A stretch of 63,126 nt of DNA, filler included, from Octopus bimaculoides (GCF_001194135.2; 5 parts of 5 records of this genome joined end to end with filler, not necessarily neighbours in it), one strand, 5' to 3'. Positions 38,005 through 51,836 are shown, numbered from the whole stretch's first letter. Notes: generated by a model not told the origin, from the sequence alone. A program made the numbers and translations.

Positions 38005-38850
38005 TACTCTAGGCACAGGGCCCAGCATTTTGGGGGAGGGGGTTAGTCGATTAGATCAACCTCAGTATGCAACTGGTACTTAATTTATTGACCCCGAAAG
38101 GATGAAAGGCAAAGTTGACCTTGGCAGAATTTGAACTCAGAACATAAAGACAGACGAAATACTGCTAAGCATTTGGCCCGGCATGCTAACGATTCTGCCA
38201 GCTCCTTGCTTTTACATTGTTTATTATTATTGTTTTACTTCTCAGAGCGCTCAGTCTTGTTTGCTTTGGTAGATTCCATGAAAGTGGACAGCAGCCTGCT
38301 GTCAGAGGTCTCACAAGGTTTCTTTCCACACATTACAAGCTCTAATACTTGGTTGTTAATTATCATGGGAGACATTCAACATCCAAGTACCAATTTAAAA
38401 AAAAAACTATCCAGGTACCAATCTTAAAAACCATCCAAGTACCAATCTTGGTAGAGTCATATGCACGAGATGAAATGCTTAGTAACATTTCTTCTGGCTC
38501 TTTATGTTCTGAGTTCAAAATTTCGCTCAGCTCAACTTTGCCTTTCATCCTTTCAGGGTTGATAAGTTAAGTACCAGTCAAAGACTGGGGGTCAAAGTAA
38601 TCAACTTATCCTTTAGTAGAAAGAATAATTATTATTATTATGACAGTGAGTTGGCATAATCATTAGCATACAGGGCAAAATGCTCAGTGGCATTTTGTCT
38701 GTCTTCACATTCTGAGTTCAGATTCTGCCAAGGTTGGCTTTTCCCTTCATTTTTGGGGGTTGATAAAATAAATACTCGTTGAGCACCAGGGTTGATGTAA
38801 TCAACTAGCCCCCTTCCCTCAAAATTTCAGGCCTTTTGCCTATGATAGAA
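38005..38850. mobile_element. cluster of three family A SINEs (38005-38210 minus; 38460-38620 and 38645-38850 plus), CpG-decayed
   Basis: Family A core with CG>TG/CA changes (e.g. CCTTTCAGGGTTGATAAG). Confidence 0.8.
38378..38449. repeat. ~24-bp minisatellite, ~3 copies
   Basis: Unit AAAAACCATCCAAGTACCAATCTT. Confidence 0.8.
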
Positions 38851-40324
38851 AGGGTCTTTTCTGTCAATAATTTTCAGTTTCTCCCAGTCATCCTGTCAGA
38901 TGTATTTGTGTTGCCAATTTCTGTATTTCTGAAAATTTAGCCAAATGTTTTTTCATATATTTTATATATTTCTATCTATATATTTTTTGTATATTGCTAA
39001 ACTTTAAACATTTGGTTAGTCTTTTCTTTTTCTGAAAAAACAAAAAAGCTTGAAAATTTGAAAAGCTTGCTTTGCAACTATGAAGTTTCAGGTTTAGTTC
39101 TACTGCATGCTGTACCTTGAGCAAGTCTTTTCTACTATAGCCCTCAACTGATCTTGTGAATGAATGTAGGAGATGGAAATTGCATGGAAGCCTGTATTTG
39201 TATCTGTTCTTCCATCATCACTTAACAATTGGCGTTGGTTTGTTTAAGTCCCTGTAACTTAGAATTTCAGCAAAAGAGACTGACAGACTAAGTCCTGGGG
39301 TTGATTTGTTCAAAGAAACCCTTCAAGGTAATGCCCCAGCATGGCCATAGTCCAATGACTGAAACAAAAAGAAGCAGCTAGAATTAACACAGATATTAAC
39401 CGTTCCCAAGTGTAAGGCTGTGCTGCTGCTACAACAACTTCTTTTACTTCCATTCACCTACTGCAAACCTCTGCTAATCTTGAGACTTGCATTTTAGAGA
39501 TTGTAAGCATAAATTTTGTGTATGAAATGTATATTTAATCTTGTAACAGAATGTAGAATTAAAGCTCTAGGTTCAGTCATGGGGCTGTGCAGTCTGGGCT
39601 TCAATCCCATTGCACAGCACTTTGGACAATATATTTTCTACTGCAGTCCCAGGTTGACCAAAACCTTGTGGGTGATTATCCTGAATGTACTTGTCTAGGA
39701 TTGAATACTATAGAGACAACTATCTCATGTTGTTGCACATTCTACTCCAGGCAGTAGTAGCTGGAAATGAGTGAGTGTGGGTGGTGTCAGGACGAGGACA
39801 CACACATGATGGGCTTCTTTTGGTTTCCATCTACCAAATCCATTCACAAGGCCTAGGGCTATTTTAGATGGATGTGGGATTGAACCTGAAGCCACATAGT
39901 TGTGAAGTTAACTTCTTAACCTCATAACTATTTAATATATATAATGGCATTTTGTAACCTATAAAACTACAATAGTATATTAGTAATTCAGTGGGTTACT
40001 AGGAAAGGTTTAGTAATTAATGTATATTAAATATAATCTTCACTGACAGCCACCTCGTCCAGACAATCTCACAAGGTGACAAACACTGACTAGTTTGTAC
40101 TTGGGCATAGTTTGATAAATGTAGACATTCTGACAATCCTCTTTGTCATTTGTATGTTAATTAGATTCAGTTATCTGAAGGAAAACTGTCAAATTACAAA
40201 CCTGATAATAACAGTTAATTATGTTTGGGAAACTGGTTTTAATTCAGATAATGTTTTTGGTATAAGAGGTGAAAGAGATAAAGACAAAGTCCACAGATCA
40301 TATGTATATATATATATGTATGTA

Positions 40325-40439
<115 letters not shown>

Positions 40440-40589
40440 ATATATATATATGTATGTATGTATGAGTGTGGATGGTATTCATTTGCATGATGACTGTCTC
40501 AGGAAAAAATAAGTGTTTTTTTTTTGTTTTTTTTTTTCGAGATATATTCATCAAATTTGGGTCAGTTTGTCTTCATGACAGGTTCTGTC

Positions 40590-41010
40590 GCTCTGACTCA
40601 ATGACAGCTCCAGGTGACCTTGGAACTAGCCACAGGCCTTCGTCACTATCTCTTGTTTTAGATCACTGAAGGTCCTGGTAATCTTGCTCCTCAGTTTGTC
40701 CTTTGTGTTGCAGTTGGAATTGTTGGTCTTTTGTTCCACCACACCCCACACAAAGAATTTGAGGGTAAGTTTGGTTGGGGCCTAATGTCAGGTACTGTGT
40801 AATCAAAGAAATTCTCTGACGGCCAGGCTTGAGTCTTCCGGCTGGTGTGGCAGGGCACATAATCTTGTACAGTCTCCCTGCAACTAATCTCTTGATCCAG
40901 AGCTTCGCCACTTTGCTTAGAACACAGATATAACCGTCAGTATTCAACCTGAGGCTTTCAGCTACCAAGCAAGGTGGCACGATGGCACCTTTGCTGCTGA
41001 CAACACTGAA
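40590..41010 (-). mobile_element. Tc1/mariner maT-like (DD37D) transposase C-terminal remnant
   Basis: VFSVVSSKGAIVPPCLVAESLRLNTDGY, QDYVPCHTSRKTQAWPSENFFDY and FVWGVVE motifs (QDSAPCHTSRK..WL.ENF), with frameshifts. Confidence 0.85.
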
Positions 41011-41424
41011 GACTTTTTTTTTTTAATGCTGAAAATTTCATCTGCATGACTCTAGGCAGAGGTTTGGCTGTATGGTTAAAAAGCTTGCTTTGCAACCATT
41101 GGTTTTGGGTTCAATACTACTGCATGGCTTCTGTCGCCCTGGGCCAAAGAATGCCTTGTGAGCAAATTTTGTCAGACACAACCTCTATAAAGGCCTTTTG
41201 TGTGTGTGTTTGTGTTTGTTTCCCCACAATTGCTTGACAATCAGTGTTAGTTTGTTTGCATCCTTGTAACTTAGCAGTTTGGCAAAAGAGACTGATAGAA
41301 TAAGTGCCAGACTTGAACAACAAAAATAATTATAATAAAAAATGAGTACAGGGGTTTATCTGTTCCCCTAAACACTTCAAGGCAGTGCCCTTGCATAGTC
41401 ACAGTCCTGTGACAAACATAAGGT

Positions 41425-41483
<59 letters not shown>

Positions 41484-42676
41484 NNNNNNNNNNNNNNNNN
41501 NNNNNNNNNNNNNNNNNNNNNNNNNNNNNNNNNGGGGGGGGGGGGATTTGTGACATCATCATCAGTTAATGTCCATGTTCCAATAAAATAAAAATCTCAT
41601 TTAAAATAAATTATACAATTAAAGCTGTGTATATAAATTTAAAATTTCAGCTAGTTTGTATTTCACTTTTCACATCTTCTTTATGGATTGTTTATTTATT
41701 TATATCTTGATATTCTTTTTTTTAGTGTTAGTAGCAAAAAGCTGATTATGTCTGCAATTAAAGACCTCATTATTTTTGCTTTAGTTTTTTCCTATTCCAA
41801 AGAATGGTTTCTTACTCTGCTCCTCTTTGAACACTGATATTATTTTACATGAATGTGTTCAGGCTGTATGGCTAAGAAGCTTGCTTCCCAACTGTGTGGT
41901 TTTAGGTTCAGTCCCACTGCACAACACCTTGGACATACGTCTTCTAGTATAGCCCCAGGGCAACCAAAACCTTGTAAGTGGATATGGTTGACATAAACTG
42001 AAAATAATCTAACATTTGTATGTATGTGGGTTTACACTAGTCATGACATCATGTGATGGCTGCTAATGTCTGTTTTCCATGCTGGCATGGGTTGGATGGT
42101 TTGACCAAAGAATCAAAATAACAATAATAAAGCTTAAAATTTCAGCTGTAGAATCTTGTGTTTAATTTTTTAGAAGGTTCTTGTATATTCTTTTGATATA
42201 TTTTCTGTTTAATGAAAGAAAAAACAAAAAGTCAATCATGTGAAAATTTGTAAATTAGAAAAATTAAGGCTAATTAAATACAGCTTTCCTTGAATCCGTC
42301 ATCAATTTGAAGGGAGATAGAGGAGAAAGTTTGGCAGGATATTTAAGGGAAGTTTCTGGCAGATGTCAGGCATGGAACAGATGGAAAGCAGTATTAGATT
42401 AATGAAACTGTTGATATTTCAGTGGTTGCCACCTCTCATAACATCTCTACCTAGCCTCTAGCTGCTAACAGACTGTTTGTGGCTAATTGAAATATTAAAT
42501 TTGCCTATTTAATAACACTTCCATGGTCTGATGCACATTTTACATGCTTTCTGACATTCAGTTTTGTGTGTGTGTGTGTGTGTGTCTAATTGTGTGTTTC
42601 ACTTATGTATGGATGTCTTTGAGTGTATATCTATATTTGTTTCACATTTGCACGGATGTGTGTAAACACACACACT

Positions 42677-42713
<37 letters not shown>

Positions 42714-43140
42714 GAGAAGTGGGATTTTTAGTTGTATTTTTTTTTTCAATTTTGAATTTACAGTTTAAAAAACTAAGCTGTTTTATAAGCAAAATCAATT
42801 GTATGTTTGAAATTGAATAAATTTATTTATTTAAAACTAAAATTCTCACAGAAATTCAATTAATACATGAAAATTTAAATAGATAAAACTTATTTTCTTT
42901 TTNNNNNNNNNNNNNNNNNNNNNNNNNNNNNNNNNNNNNNNNNNNNNNNNNNNNNNNNNNNNNNNNNNNNNNNNNNNNNNNNNNNNNNNNNNNNNNNNNN
43001 NNNNNNNNNNNNNNTGATCATCTCAGTCTTGATTTTACTTTTATGAAATCCTTATAAATTTGAAATTTTGAAACTAAAGAAATACTGAAAGAATCTTAAA
43101 AGTTTATGATGTTCTTCATTTATCAATATATCATGGCTAC

Positions 43141-43318
43141 ACTCTCTGAGTGGTTGGCGTTAGGAACGGCATCCAGCTGTAGAAACTCTGCCAAATTAGA
43201 TTGGAGCCTGGTGTTGCCATCCGGTTTCACCAGTCCTCAGTCAAATCGTCCAACCCATGCTAGCATGGAAAGCGGACGTTAAACGATGTTGATGATGATG
43301 ATGATGATGATCATCATC
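43141..43318 (+). mobile_element. SINE family C, young 5'-truncated copy
   Basis: Only a few differences from 27430-27596. Confidence 0.9.
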
Positions 43319-43520
43319 ATCATCATTTAATGTCTGTTTCCATGCTGGCATGGGTTGGACAGTTTCACAAAAGCTGGCTAGGTTTGGAGTTGCACCAAGT
43401 TCCATTTTCTGTTCTGGCATGGTTTCTACACGTGGATGCTCTTCCTCACACCAACCACTTTACTGAGTGCTCCACTGGGTGCTTTTTATGTAACATCAGC
43501 ACCAGTGCTTTTTATGTGGC
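43310..43520 (-). mobile_element. SINE family C, older copy, tail-to-tail with the previous one
   Basis: (CAT)n TTTAATGTCTGTTTCCATGCTGGCATGGGTTGGAC..GGATGCTCTTCCTCACACCAACCAC. Confidence 0.8.
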
Positions 43521-44993
43521 AACACCACCACTAAGAGAGTCATCAAGTACCCTGCAAGACAAAAGACCCTTAACTGGGATTTTATAAAAATCTAAATAGT
43601 TAGCTGGCAGAATCCTTTTGTGTGTCAGACAAAATGCTTCGTGGTTTTTCTCCTGACTCTTATGTTCTGAGTGAACTTTCATCTGTTTGAGTCCTGGGAT
43701 CAATGCAATCAACTTACTCCATATCTGTTCCAGAATTTGAAACCATTATTCTATAAAGATCAGATAAAAAAGAAAAGGCCATAGTAATAACTAATTAAAA
43801 CAATATAAAGACATGTAATAAACAATTTCTTATTTATTTTACATCCAGTTTACATGTGACTATGAGTTGGATGGATCATCACAACCCAAATCAGTTCTTT
43901 TTTTTAGAGTTACTGCTGTCCTAGACAAGTTGGAGGAGCACATCTTGCTTGTATCTTTGGTTTGATTTCTACTGCTGGATATCAGCAACTACTTTACAAA
44001 GTGAACTGGGTGCATTTTATTATGTTCCCCCAACTCTAGACAGGTTATGTCCTCAATAATATGAAGGGTCCTCTCAGCCTTACTTTGTTGCTCCCTTTCC
44101 AGCCACTTCAGAATATCCTCGATGTATCTATTGTGGCACCAACAGAAGTGGGATTGCCATGGACTCCATAAAATTAGAGCATCCTTACCGCTCTAAGATG
44201 TGTTTGTTCACTTTGTGTTTTATGTGGCTGAGGAGCTGAACAGGAGAGAGAAAGAGAGAGAGAGCAATACCAGAAGAGGAACCAGGATTGGTAGATGAAA
44301 GAAGCAAAAGTGTGAAGGTAGAGTGATATTCGATGCAGGATTTGCAATAAAAGGGAATTAGTGACGGATTGCAATAGAGATTAATGGATGATAAAAAGTA
44401 CTTGGCTGGGAGGGCAGTTGGCCTTTATGAGTCGGGCCAATTTAAAGCTGAACTTTCTTGATGTGTTAACACTAAGAAATAAAAATTAAAGTCCAGCTAT
44501 TTTGTTAGGCCATGAGCTGGCAGAATTGTTAGCATGTCAGATAAAATGCAAAGAGATAATTTATTGTGGCTCTTTAAGCTCTAAGTTCAAATCCCAGCAA
44601 AGTCTGTCTTGCCTTTCATCCTTTTAGAGTCATTAAAATAAGTACCAGTTGCGCACTGGGGTCAATTTAGTCAACTAGCCCCCTTTCCCCCTCAAATTCC
44701 AGGCTTAGTGTCTATTATAGAAAGGATTCTTTTTTATCATTTGTAAAACAGTTGAGCCAATTATGGTAAATGTTGGAAAGAATCTCGAGATTATTCATTC
44801 TGGTTCTTTACCCTCCTCATCATCATCATCATTTAATCTCCATCTTCCATGGCATGGCTTGCACTCTGAATTCAAATACCACCAAACTCAACATTACCTT
44901 TAATTTTGGGTTCAGTTAAACACCAGTCGAGTATCAAAGTCAATGGCATTGACTAAACCCCTCCCCTTAAAATTTCTGGCCTTGTGCCAAAAT

Positions 44994-45079
<86 letters not shown>

Positions 45080-45080
<1 letters not shown>

Positions 45081-45290
45081 GGCTGCAAGCTGGCTGAATC
45101 ATTAGCACACTGAGTGAAATGCTTAGCAACATTTCGCTGTCTTTGAGTTCAAATTTTGCCAAGATTGACTTTGCTTTCCATCCTTTCAGGGTCATTAAAT
45201 TAAGTACCAGTGAAATATTAGGGTCGATGTAATCAACTAGACCCTCCCCCAAAATTTCAGGCTTTCTGCCTATAATAGAAAGGATAATTA
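45080..45290 (+). mobile_element. SINE family A copy after an (ATT)n array
   Basis: GAGTTCAAATTTTGCCAAGATTGACTTTGCTTTCCATCCTTTCAGGGTCATTAAATTAAGTACCAG. Confidence 0.8.
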
Positions 45291-46933
45291 TTATTAACCC
45301 ATGCCAGCATGGAAAGTGGACATTAAACGATGATTAGAATTATTATTATTATTATTATTCTTTGTAAGTCTATAAACTAGACAAAACAGTGACTCGTTGG
45401 CAGAAATGGTAAAGCAACCGGCCAAATACTTTATTAAAACTATATTCATATTGTTCTTTCTCAGTTTTGATTTCAAACTTATGACGTTGTTTTATCTCAG
45501 CATTGCATTTCAATTCCTCATGATGCCAAGTCACTTCACTAACATTACTAATGCCCTTGAGAAGGGCATGAACCTTCTGCTGTATATCTTTGCCGAAATA
45601 AGAAATCATATATACACACGCATGTACGTGTGTGTGTGTATATATTCTTAGTATGTGATGTTTATTTGAGACTTTAATATGGCTTAGAACATCAACAATA
45701 GTTGAAGCAGCATCATCACCTATAAGCAACAATTACCACCCACCAACTTACAACAACCAATCTAACTACAATCTCTTTACAATTAACTCACCAGTAAACT
45801 ATGTGTTTATGTGTTCACTGGAGTTGGAATAGCCTTTTTTGAGTATTTCCATCACCAGCCAGCTGTTCTCAACCCATACATTTTGCTGCTCATTCTCTTA
45901 TGCCTGTTCATTCATTCACAACAACCAGCAGTTCGGCTGAATTTCTTTCCTCTTGTAAGTCACCTCTTCAGTTATTTCTCTATTTTGGAATGATATATTG
46001 TTTATTTATTTCATGCCAGAACATAGTGAATATCTTGACTATTTGTATTTTGGTTCAGCTATTTATCATCATCATCATCAGCATTATATATTATAAATAT
46101 TTTTTCTCATTTTACTCATCATTCCAGTGTGTAATCTATGTATGTAAAATCTTATGTATTTTCTTGTAAACCGTAATTGGGACATTTTTGAAAACATTGT
46201 CTCCTTCTTCTTAGTGCATGTATATACTTCCTTTATTTTCACGTGATGTCTTTCTGTCTCTCTTTCACACACACACACACATGTTCATAAAACCAAACCT
46301 ACAGATCCTATGTCACTTGCTTGTGTATCTTCACTTCCCCCAAAATTTATCTTTTACTTGTTTCAGTCATTGGACTGCAGTAATGCCAGGGCACCGGCAA
46401 GCTGTGCTGGGAGGTAAACACATACACACAACAGGCTTCCATTCAGTTTCCATTGCCCAAATTCACTCAAAAATCAGTCTTGGGGCTATAGTAGAAGGCA
46501 CTTGTCCGAAACCATATGGTTGCAGAGCAACCTTCTCAATCCTGTTTCTATGCATGATTGTGCCTAGATTAAAAAGCTATCCTGTGCCTTATATTCAAAC
46601 TGTTGTCATCAACAAAGCCTTCAATCATGTCTATTTGGTTAATCTCTTAGCTAAACTTCTCTTGGTCCTGTGGCAACATGTCAGATCACGCTGTTGTCGC
46701 ATATATTAGAGCTACTTCTGAACTACACATTTCCAGCAAGTCTAGTCTACCTCAGAGTTTAGCTTCATATCCTTTAACACTACAACGATGCAGTCACGAC
46801 TTATATCTAGAAAACATTTTCATATTCAACATCTACAAACATCAACATCATCCTCTACGTTGCTACAGTTAAGTCTTCCAAGAATTACTAATTGTCTGTA
46901 AATCTCAGGTTAAGCCCACAATGCAGCACTGCT

Positions 46934-46973
<40 letters not shown>

Positions 46974-47585
46974 TTCTCCCCCCCTCTCTCCCACGTCTAT
47001 GCTAGACTGCATCTTGTCATAATCTAGTTTAAATTCAAAATTGTTGCCCTCTTAGATGGGTTGGAAACCATTTTCTGAGCTGGAACATTTCATTTTTTGG
47101 CCATGGTTTCTACAGCTGGATGCATTCCTAACACCATCCACTTTACCGTGTACACTTGGTGCATTTCAACAGAGCACTAGCGCAAGAAGAGTTGTCTTTG
47201 TTCCTTGCTAGAATATTGAGTACTTTCTACTTCGCCTCATTACCCTTTCTTTCATACTAAAGAGATTGTCCTGTGTGTGATGAGACTATAAAGTGTCCCA
47301 TCTCATGTTGATTCCATTGGCTTGTTCCTTTCATTCTAAAGAGGCGAATACGTGGAACTGGAAGCTATCAGAAAGGACCAGAGTAATAGAGGAGAGAGAG
47401 AGAGAGAGAGATAGCTACGTTGCTACATGATAACTAGTTGATGCAAAAGTGTGTATTATGAGACAAAGTGTGTCAATGAGCATGAAATGAGAGCTAGGGG
47501 GAAAAGTAAAGTGGATGAATGTTTATCTATCTGTATATGTATGTGTGTGTGTGTGTGTATGTATATATCTGTGCATGTATGTATA

Positions 47586-47656
<71 letters not shown>

Positions 47657-47661
<5 letters not shown>

Positions 47662-47824
47662 ATTGCTAAACAGGACATCAAACATTAAGGCAAGGCCAAT
47701 ATCTCAAGTCATATACAATATTATTATAGGAAGTAATTTCTTCCTATAATAATAATAATAATATTGTATACGACTTGAGATGTTTGCCTTGCCTTAATGT
47801 TTGATGTCCTGTTTAACAATTATA
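47657..47824. repeat. fold-back palindrome (~75-bp arms, ~6-nt loop)
   Basis: TAAACAGGACATCAAACATTAAGGCAAGG..TATAGGAAG-TAATTT-CTTCCTATA..CCTTGCCTTAATGTTTGATGTCCTGTTTA. Confidence 0.92.
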
Positions 47825-48191
47825 CATCTGCTGCATCAGAAATCTGCAATGGTTCCATAGCTACTGTCTCGGCTATAACCTTGGAGCCCCAGTAATCCAT
47901 TACAGCACTTACCTAACGTACCTAATCATTTAGATCACCTGTGAACTAAACCCCCATACTTTGTATATATTTATATGTATATAGGTGTATATATGTGTGT
48001 GTGTGTGTGTGTGTGTATATTTGCATGTATTTCCTTATTGCATGTATTTCCTTCACCGTCAGAAATTTTTTTAGTACATATTTGTTTTAACATTTTCACT
48101 TTTTTTAATTCTTTTAATTTTTTTTACATAATTTTTCATTCTACTTTGATGGTTGTGATGTTAAAGTGCTGGGATAATGAAAACAACCTAC

Positions 48192-48349
48192 ATTGAGATA
48201 AATTAAAAGGTGGACCACAACCGCCCTGTATTGCGACTCTGGATAACTTTGCTTGTTTTGTTTTCTTTGAAAATGTTTCGCAATCTTTATGTGTGAAGAT
48301 GGAGTGGTTTGTGACAAACTGACTGCTGTAGAAACAATTTGTTGAATGG
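48192..48349 (-). CDS. candidate internal exon of an unidentified host gene (158 nt)
   Basis: Minus acceptor GTTTTCTTTTTCCTTTTTAG| and donor |GTAGGT; two frames stay open (..DCETFSKKTKQAKLSRVAIQGGCGPPFNLSQ or ..IKIAKHFQRKQNKQSYPESQYRAVVVHLLIYLN). No homolog recognised. Confidence 0.35.
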
Positions 48350-49678
48350 CTAAAAAGGAAAAAGAAAACAAATCATGTGATAAGTAATGGCTGTGTGGTT
48401 AAGAAGCTTGAGCTGTTTGGTCTCACTACACCTCACCCGGGGCACGTGGTTACTATGGCTCCAGGCCAATTAATGCCTTGTGAGTGAATTTGGTAGGTAG
48501 AAACTGTGTGGAAACCTGTCGTGTGTGTGTGTGTCTTTGTGTCTGGGTTTGTTCCCACACCACTTGACAGCCAGTGTTGGTTTGTTTATATACTCATCAA
48601 TTAGTGGTTCAATTGAATAAATATGGCTGTCGTCCAATGACTGAAGCCAGTAAAAGGACGTAACTGTTTTTTTTTTATTTTTTTATTCAATGTTTAAAAA
48701 AGAAATAGCATTGTAATTAGATTAAATACCCTGAGTCACAAGATCAAATGGTGAATAAACTTTGTAAAACAAATATTGTGGAATGTGGGGAAGAAGAAGA
48801 AAGGCAGATGGAGAGAAATAAAATAAAACAACAGAAAAAAACAGAAATGAAACTTTGAAGCTGTTTTCTTGTTAAAAATAGCTTTTTTTTTGTATTTATT
48901 TATTTAGTACATTTAAATATATTTGTATATACAAGAGTTTGGAATGAAGTTTATTCTCTCATTTCTTTCTCAGGCGAACGTGTTCTGTTGTCTTGACTGT
49001 TTCATCTCTTTCTGCTTATTTTGAATGATCAGCTCAAGTTACCTGATAACATAAATAAGAATATGATTTAGAATTCATCTAACGATAACCTGTGCATGTT
49101 TGTATTTAAGTATAGATACATGGTCAAGAAGTTTGCTTCCCAGTCACATGGTCTCAGGTTCAGTTCCACTGCCTGGTATCTTGGGCAAGAAGAATCTTCT
49201 GCTATAGCTCTTGGCTGATCAAACAAAGCCTTGTGAATGGATTTGTGGACAGAAACTAAAGGAAGCCCTTCATATAGTGTGCGTGTGTGACACATCAGAT
49301 GATTGTTATAAATGAAAGTCATTCATTTCCAATATTCTGTGGAAACATATCTGACCCTGGGGGAAATGTTATCTTGCTTGCAAACAGATGAAGGATGGCA
49401 ACGGGCGATACAACAAGATATATTTTAATTCACATGTTCAAACCAAATACAAAATTGAAATCCCTATAATTACTGGAAATTTTAAAAACCTGGTCAAGTA
49501 TTCTGTGTTAAATTGTGTGTGTGTAAAAGCAGGTATTTGAATTTGCTGTTTTAGCTTATCGACTGAGCCCTCAACTATTCATTTATTTTTTTCTCAAGTC
49601 ATCATGCTAGTTTAGCTAAGCTTATCACCAATATCATCCGTTCTCACTGTCAGAACCATTGTGTTTGTGATTCTAGCA

Positions 49679-49721
49679 CTGTGGTTCCCAACCTGGGATT
49701 CGTGAAGTAATTTCAAAATTT

Positions 49722-49753
<32 letters not shown>

Positions 49754-49818
49754 AGGATAAGCATATTAAAAGGGGTCCCTGGGAAAACCCATTTAAATAA
49801 AAAGCTTGGGAACCCCTG
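49679..49818. mobile_element. hAT-Charlie MITE with 8-bp TSD
   Basis: CTGTGGTTCCCAACC ... GCTTGGGAACCCCTG; TSD TTCTAGCA / TTGTAGCA (7 of 8 match). Confidence 0.85.
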
Positions 49819-50489
49819 TTGTAGCACAGTTTCCTCTTTCTCTCCCAAATTGATGACAGATTTCCACTTCACATTTGAGTGGTTTATATATGTCAAGATC
49901 ATCCAGCTATCTTTTGTTTCATTTCTTAGACTGGCCATGCTGGGGCACTGCCTTGAAGGGTTTTGTCGAACAAATTGAGCCCAGTACTTTTAAATCTGGT
50001 ACTTGTTTGCTAAGTTAACTACTAAGTTACAAAGATGGAAATAAACCAGAATTGGTTGACAAGCAAAGGGAATAGGGACAAGCACGCACTCACACACACA
50101 CACAAGGCGTTGATCGGTCCAGGGTACTCCTCATTGGGACTGAACTGAAACCCTGTGATGGCAAAGTGAACTTCTTAACCACACAGTTGTACGTCTATAA
50201 AGATTACAAACTTAAAACAATTTCCACCCCCATAATGTAATCAGAATAAAATAAATCTAAATATACTTTCAACTTTTTCTTTTCTTATTGGCACTTTATT
50301 TTTTAGTCTGATACTTATTCTATCAGTCAGTTTTGCTGAACCACTAAGTTGTGGGGATGTAAGCAAACCAACAGTGGTTGTTAACGGGGTGAGGTGGGGT
50401 TTCAAACACACACTCACAGATACCACTCTATTGACCGTACTATTAGATGTGGTTAAACACCACTGGTCACAATGTGCTTTCTCATGTTG

Positions 50490-50720
50490 TAGTTTTTAAA
50501 TGATGCCATCCCTCTGGCTAGGCAGGCAGGGTCTGCAGGTCAGCCCAATATTCCTCCTGAACAGAATATGCCATTCTGTCGCAGGGTACCCCATTTACAA
50601 CTGACGGCTCTGCAGCAATGTGAAATGAAGTGTTTTGCTCAAGAACACAATGCACGACTTGTGTGGGAGTCAAAACCATGATCTTGCAATCATGAGTACA
50701 TCACCCTAACCACTAGGCCC
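50490..50720 (-). mobile_element. additional tRNA-derived SINE family, decayed
   Basis: GGGTACCCCATTTACAACTG..GTGAAATGAAGTGTTTTGCTCAAGAACACAA..CCCTAACCACTAGGCC resembles the reverse of a tRNA-headed SINE. Confidence 0.55.
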
Positions 50721-50781
50721 TCTGTCTTTTCACACACACATACACATATATATAGGCTTCTCTCTTTCTCTCTCTCTCTCC

Positions 50782-50822
<41 letters not shown>

Positions 50823-51758
50823 CACAATGCCTGTCTAGCAAATCCATTGACAAGTCTTTGGTCAGTCCCAGGCTATAGGACAAGACACTTTCCCCAGGTG
50901 TCCTTCGGTGGGACTAAACCTAAAACTCTGTGCTTGGAAAGCAAGCTTCTTCACTACATGGCCATATTTGTACAGAAATACAAAATAACTGTTCAGTTAC
51001 TGTGAACTGAATCTCTCTCCACACTTCAAACCTGACATTCCAACATTTTTGAGAAATGAGCTTCAAGGACACATGTAACATTTATTCTCTCAAGCACACA
51101 AAACAAATTAGATAATTCCTCTCATCACGGTAAATCAACATAATTTTATTTTTCTTTATTCAGTTTAATCTGTGTGTTTTTTTTTTTTTTGTTACTGTGC
51201 ATTTTCTTTTCTACCACTATAATAAAATAACATATAAGAAAAGATGGCATGCAATAATTTTTATGAAATTTGTTTTTAGCTTTTAGGAAAAAATATTATT
51301 TAGTTAAGTTCGTTTCAGGAAAAAAAAATCACAAAAACGAGAAATTGCTGAAAGTTTTCTGTGCCCAGAGGCATCATCAGATGTGTGTGAACATAGAAAT
51401 AATTATCAGCAAGGTTGCTGACCATAGATTTGACCCATTTTTGACATTTGAAGTGGAGCTTGTTCATAAGTACATTTCTAAACATCCAAACACAATGGAT
51501 GGAAGTGGATGTCCCTAGTCTTATGACAGTTTCTCCTTCTGCTTCTCTCTCTTTTCTTCTGTTTGCAGAAGAAAAAAAAAACAAAAAAACTCTGACATAT
51601 AAAATAAACATTGAGTCATACAAGTCTTCTTTTCATCTTTTGTAACATTACTGAAGGAGTCTAATAAACTTTAGTGACTATATTTTACTGGCCCATCTTT
51701 TCTCTCTCTCTCTCTATTTTTGTTTGTGTGTATATATATATATATATAGATATATATA

Positions 51759-51803
51759 GGCGTAGGAGTGGCTGTGTGGTAAGTAGCTTGCTTACACCTG
51801 TCG

Positions 51804-51836
<33 letters not shown>

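Noticed and set aside
43905-43960. Plus-strand acceptor followed by VTAVLDKLEEHILL
   Set aside because: It runs into a diverged family C SINE-like sequence, hits a stop, and has no good donor.
47915-47945. Perfect minus-strand donor AG|GTAAGT
   Set aside because: The 26-nt segment upstream has stops in all three frames; it cannot be a coding exon.
48975-49035. Strong plus-strand acceptor TTTCTTTCTCAG| and minus peptide LELIIQNKQKEMKQSRQQNTFA
   Set aside because: All frames stop within about 20 codons on both strands and there is no consistent donor.
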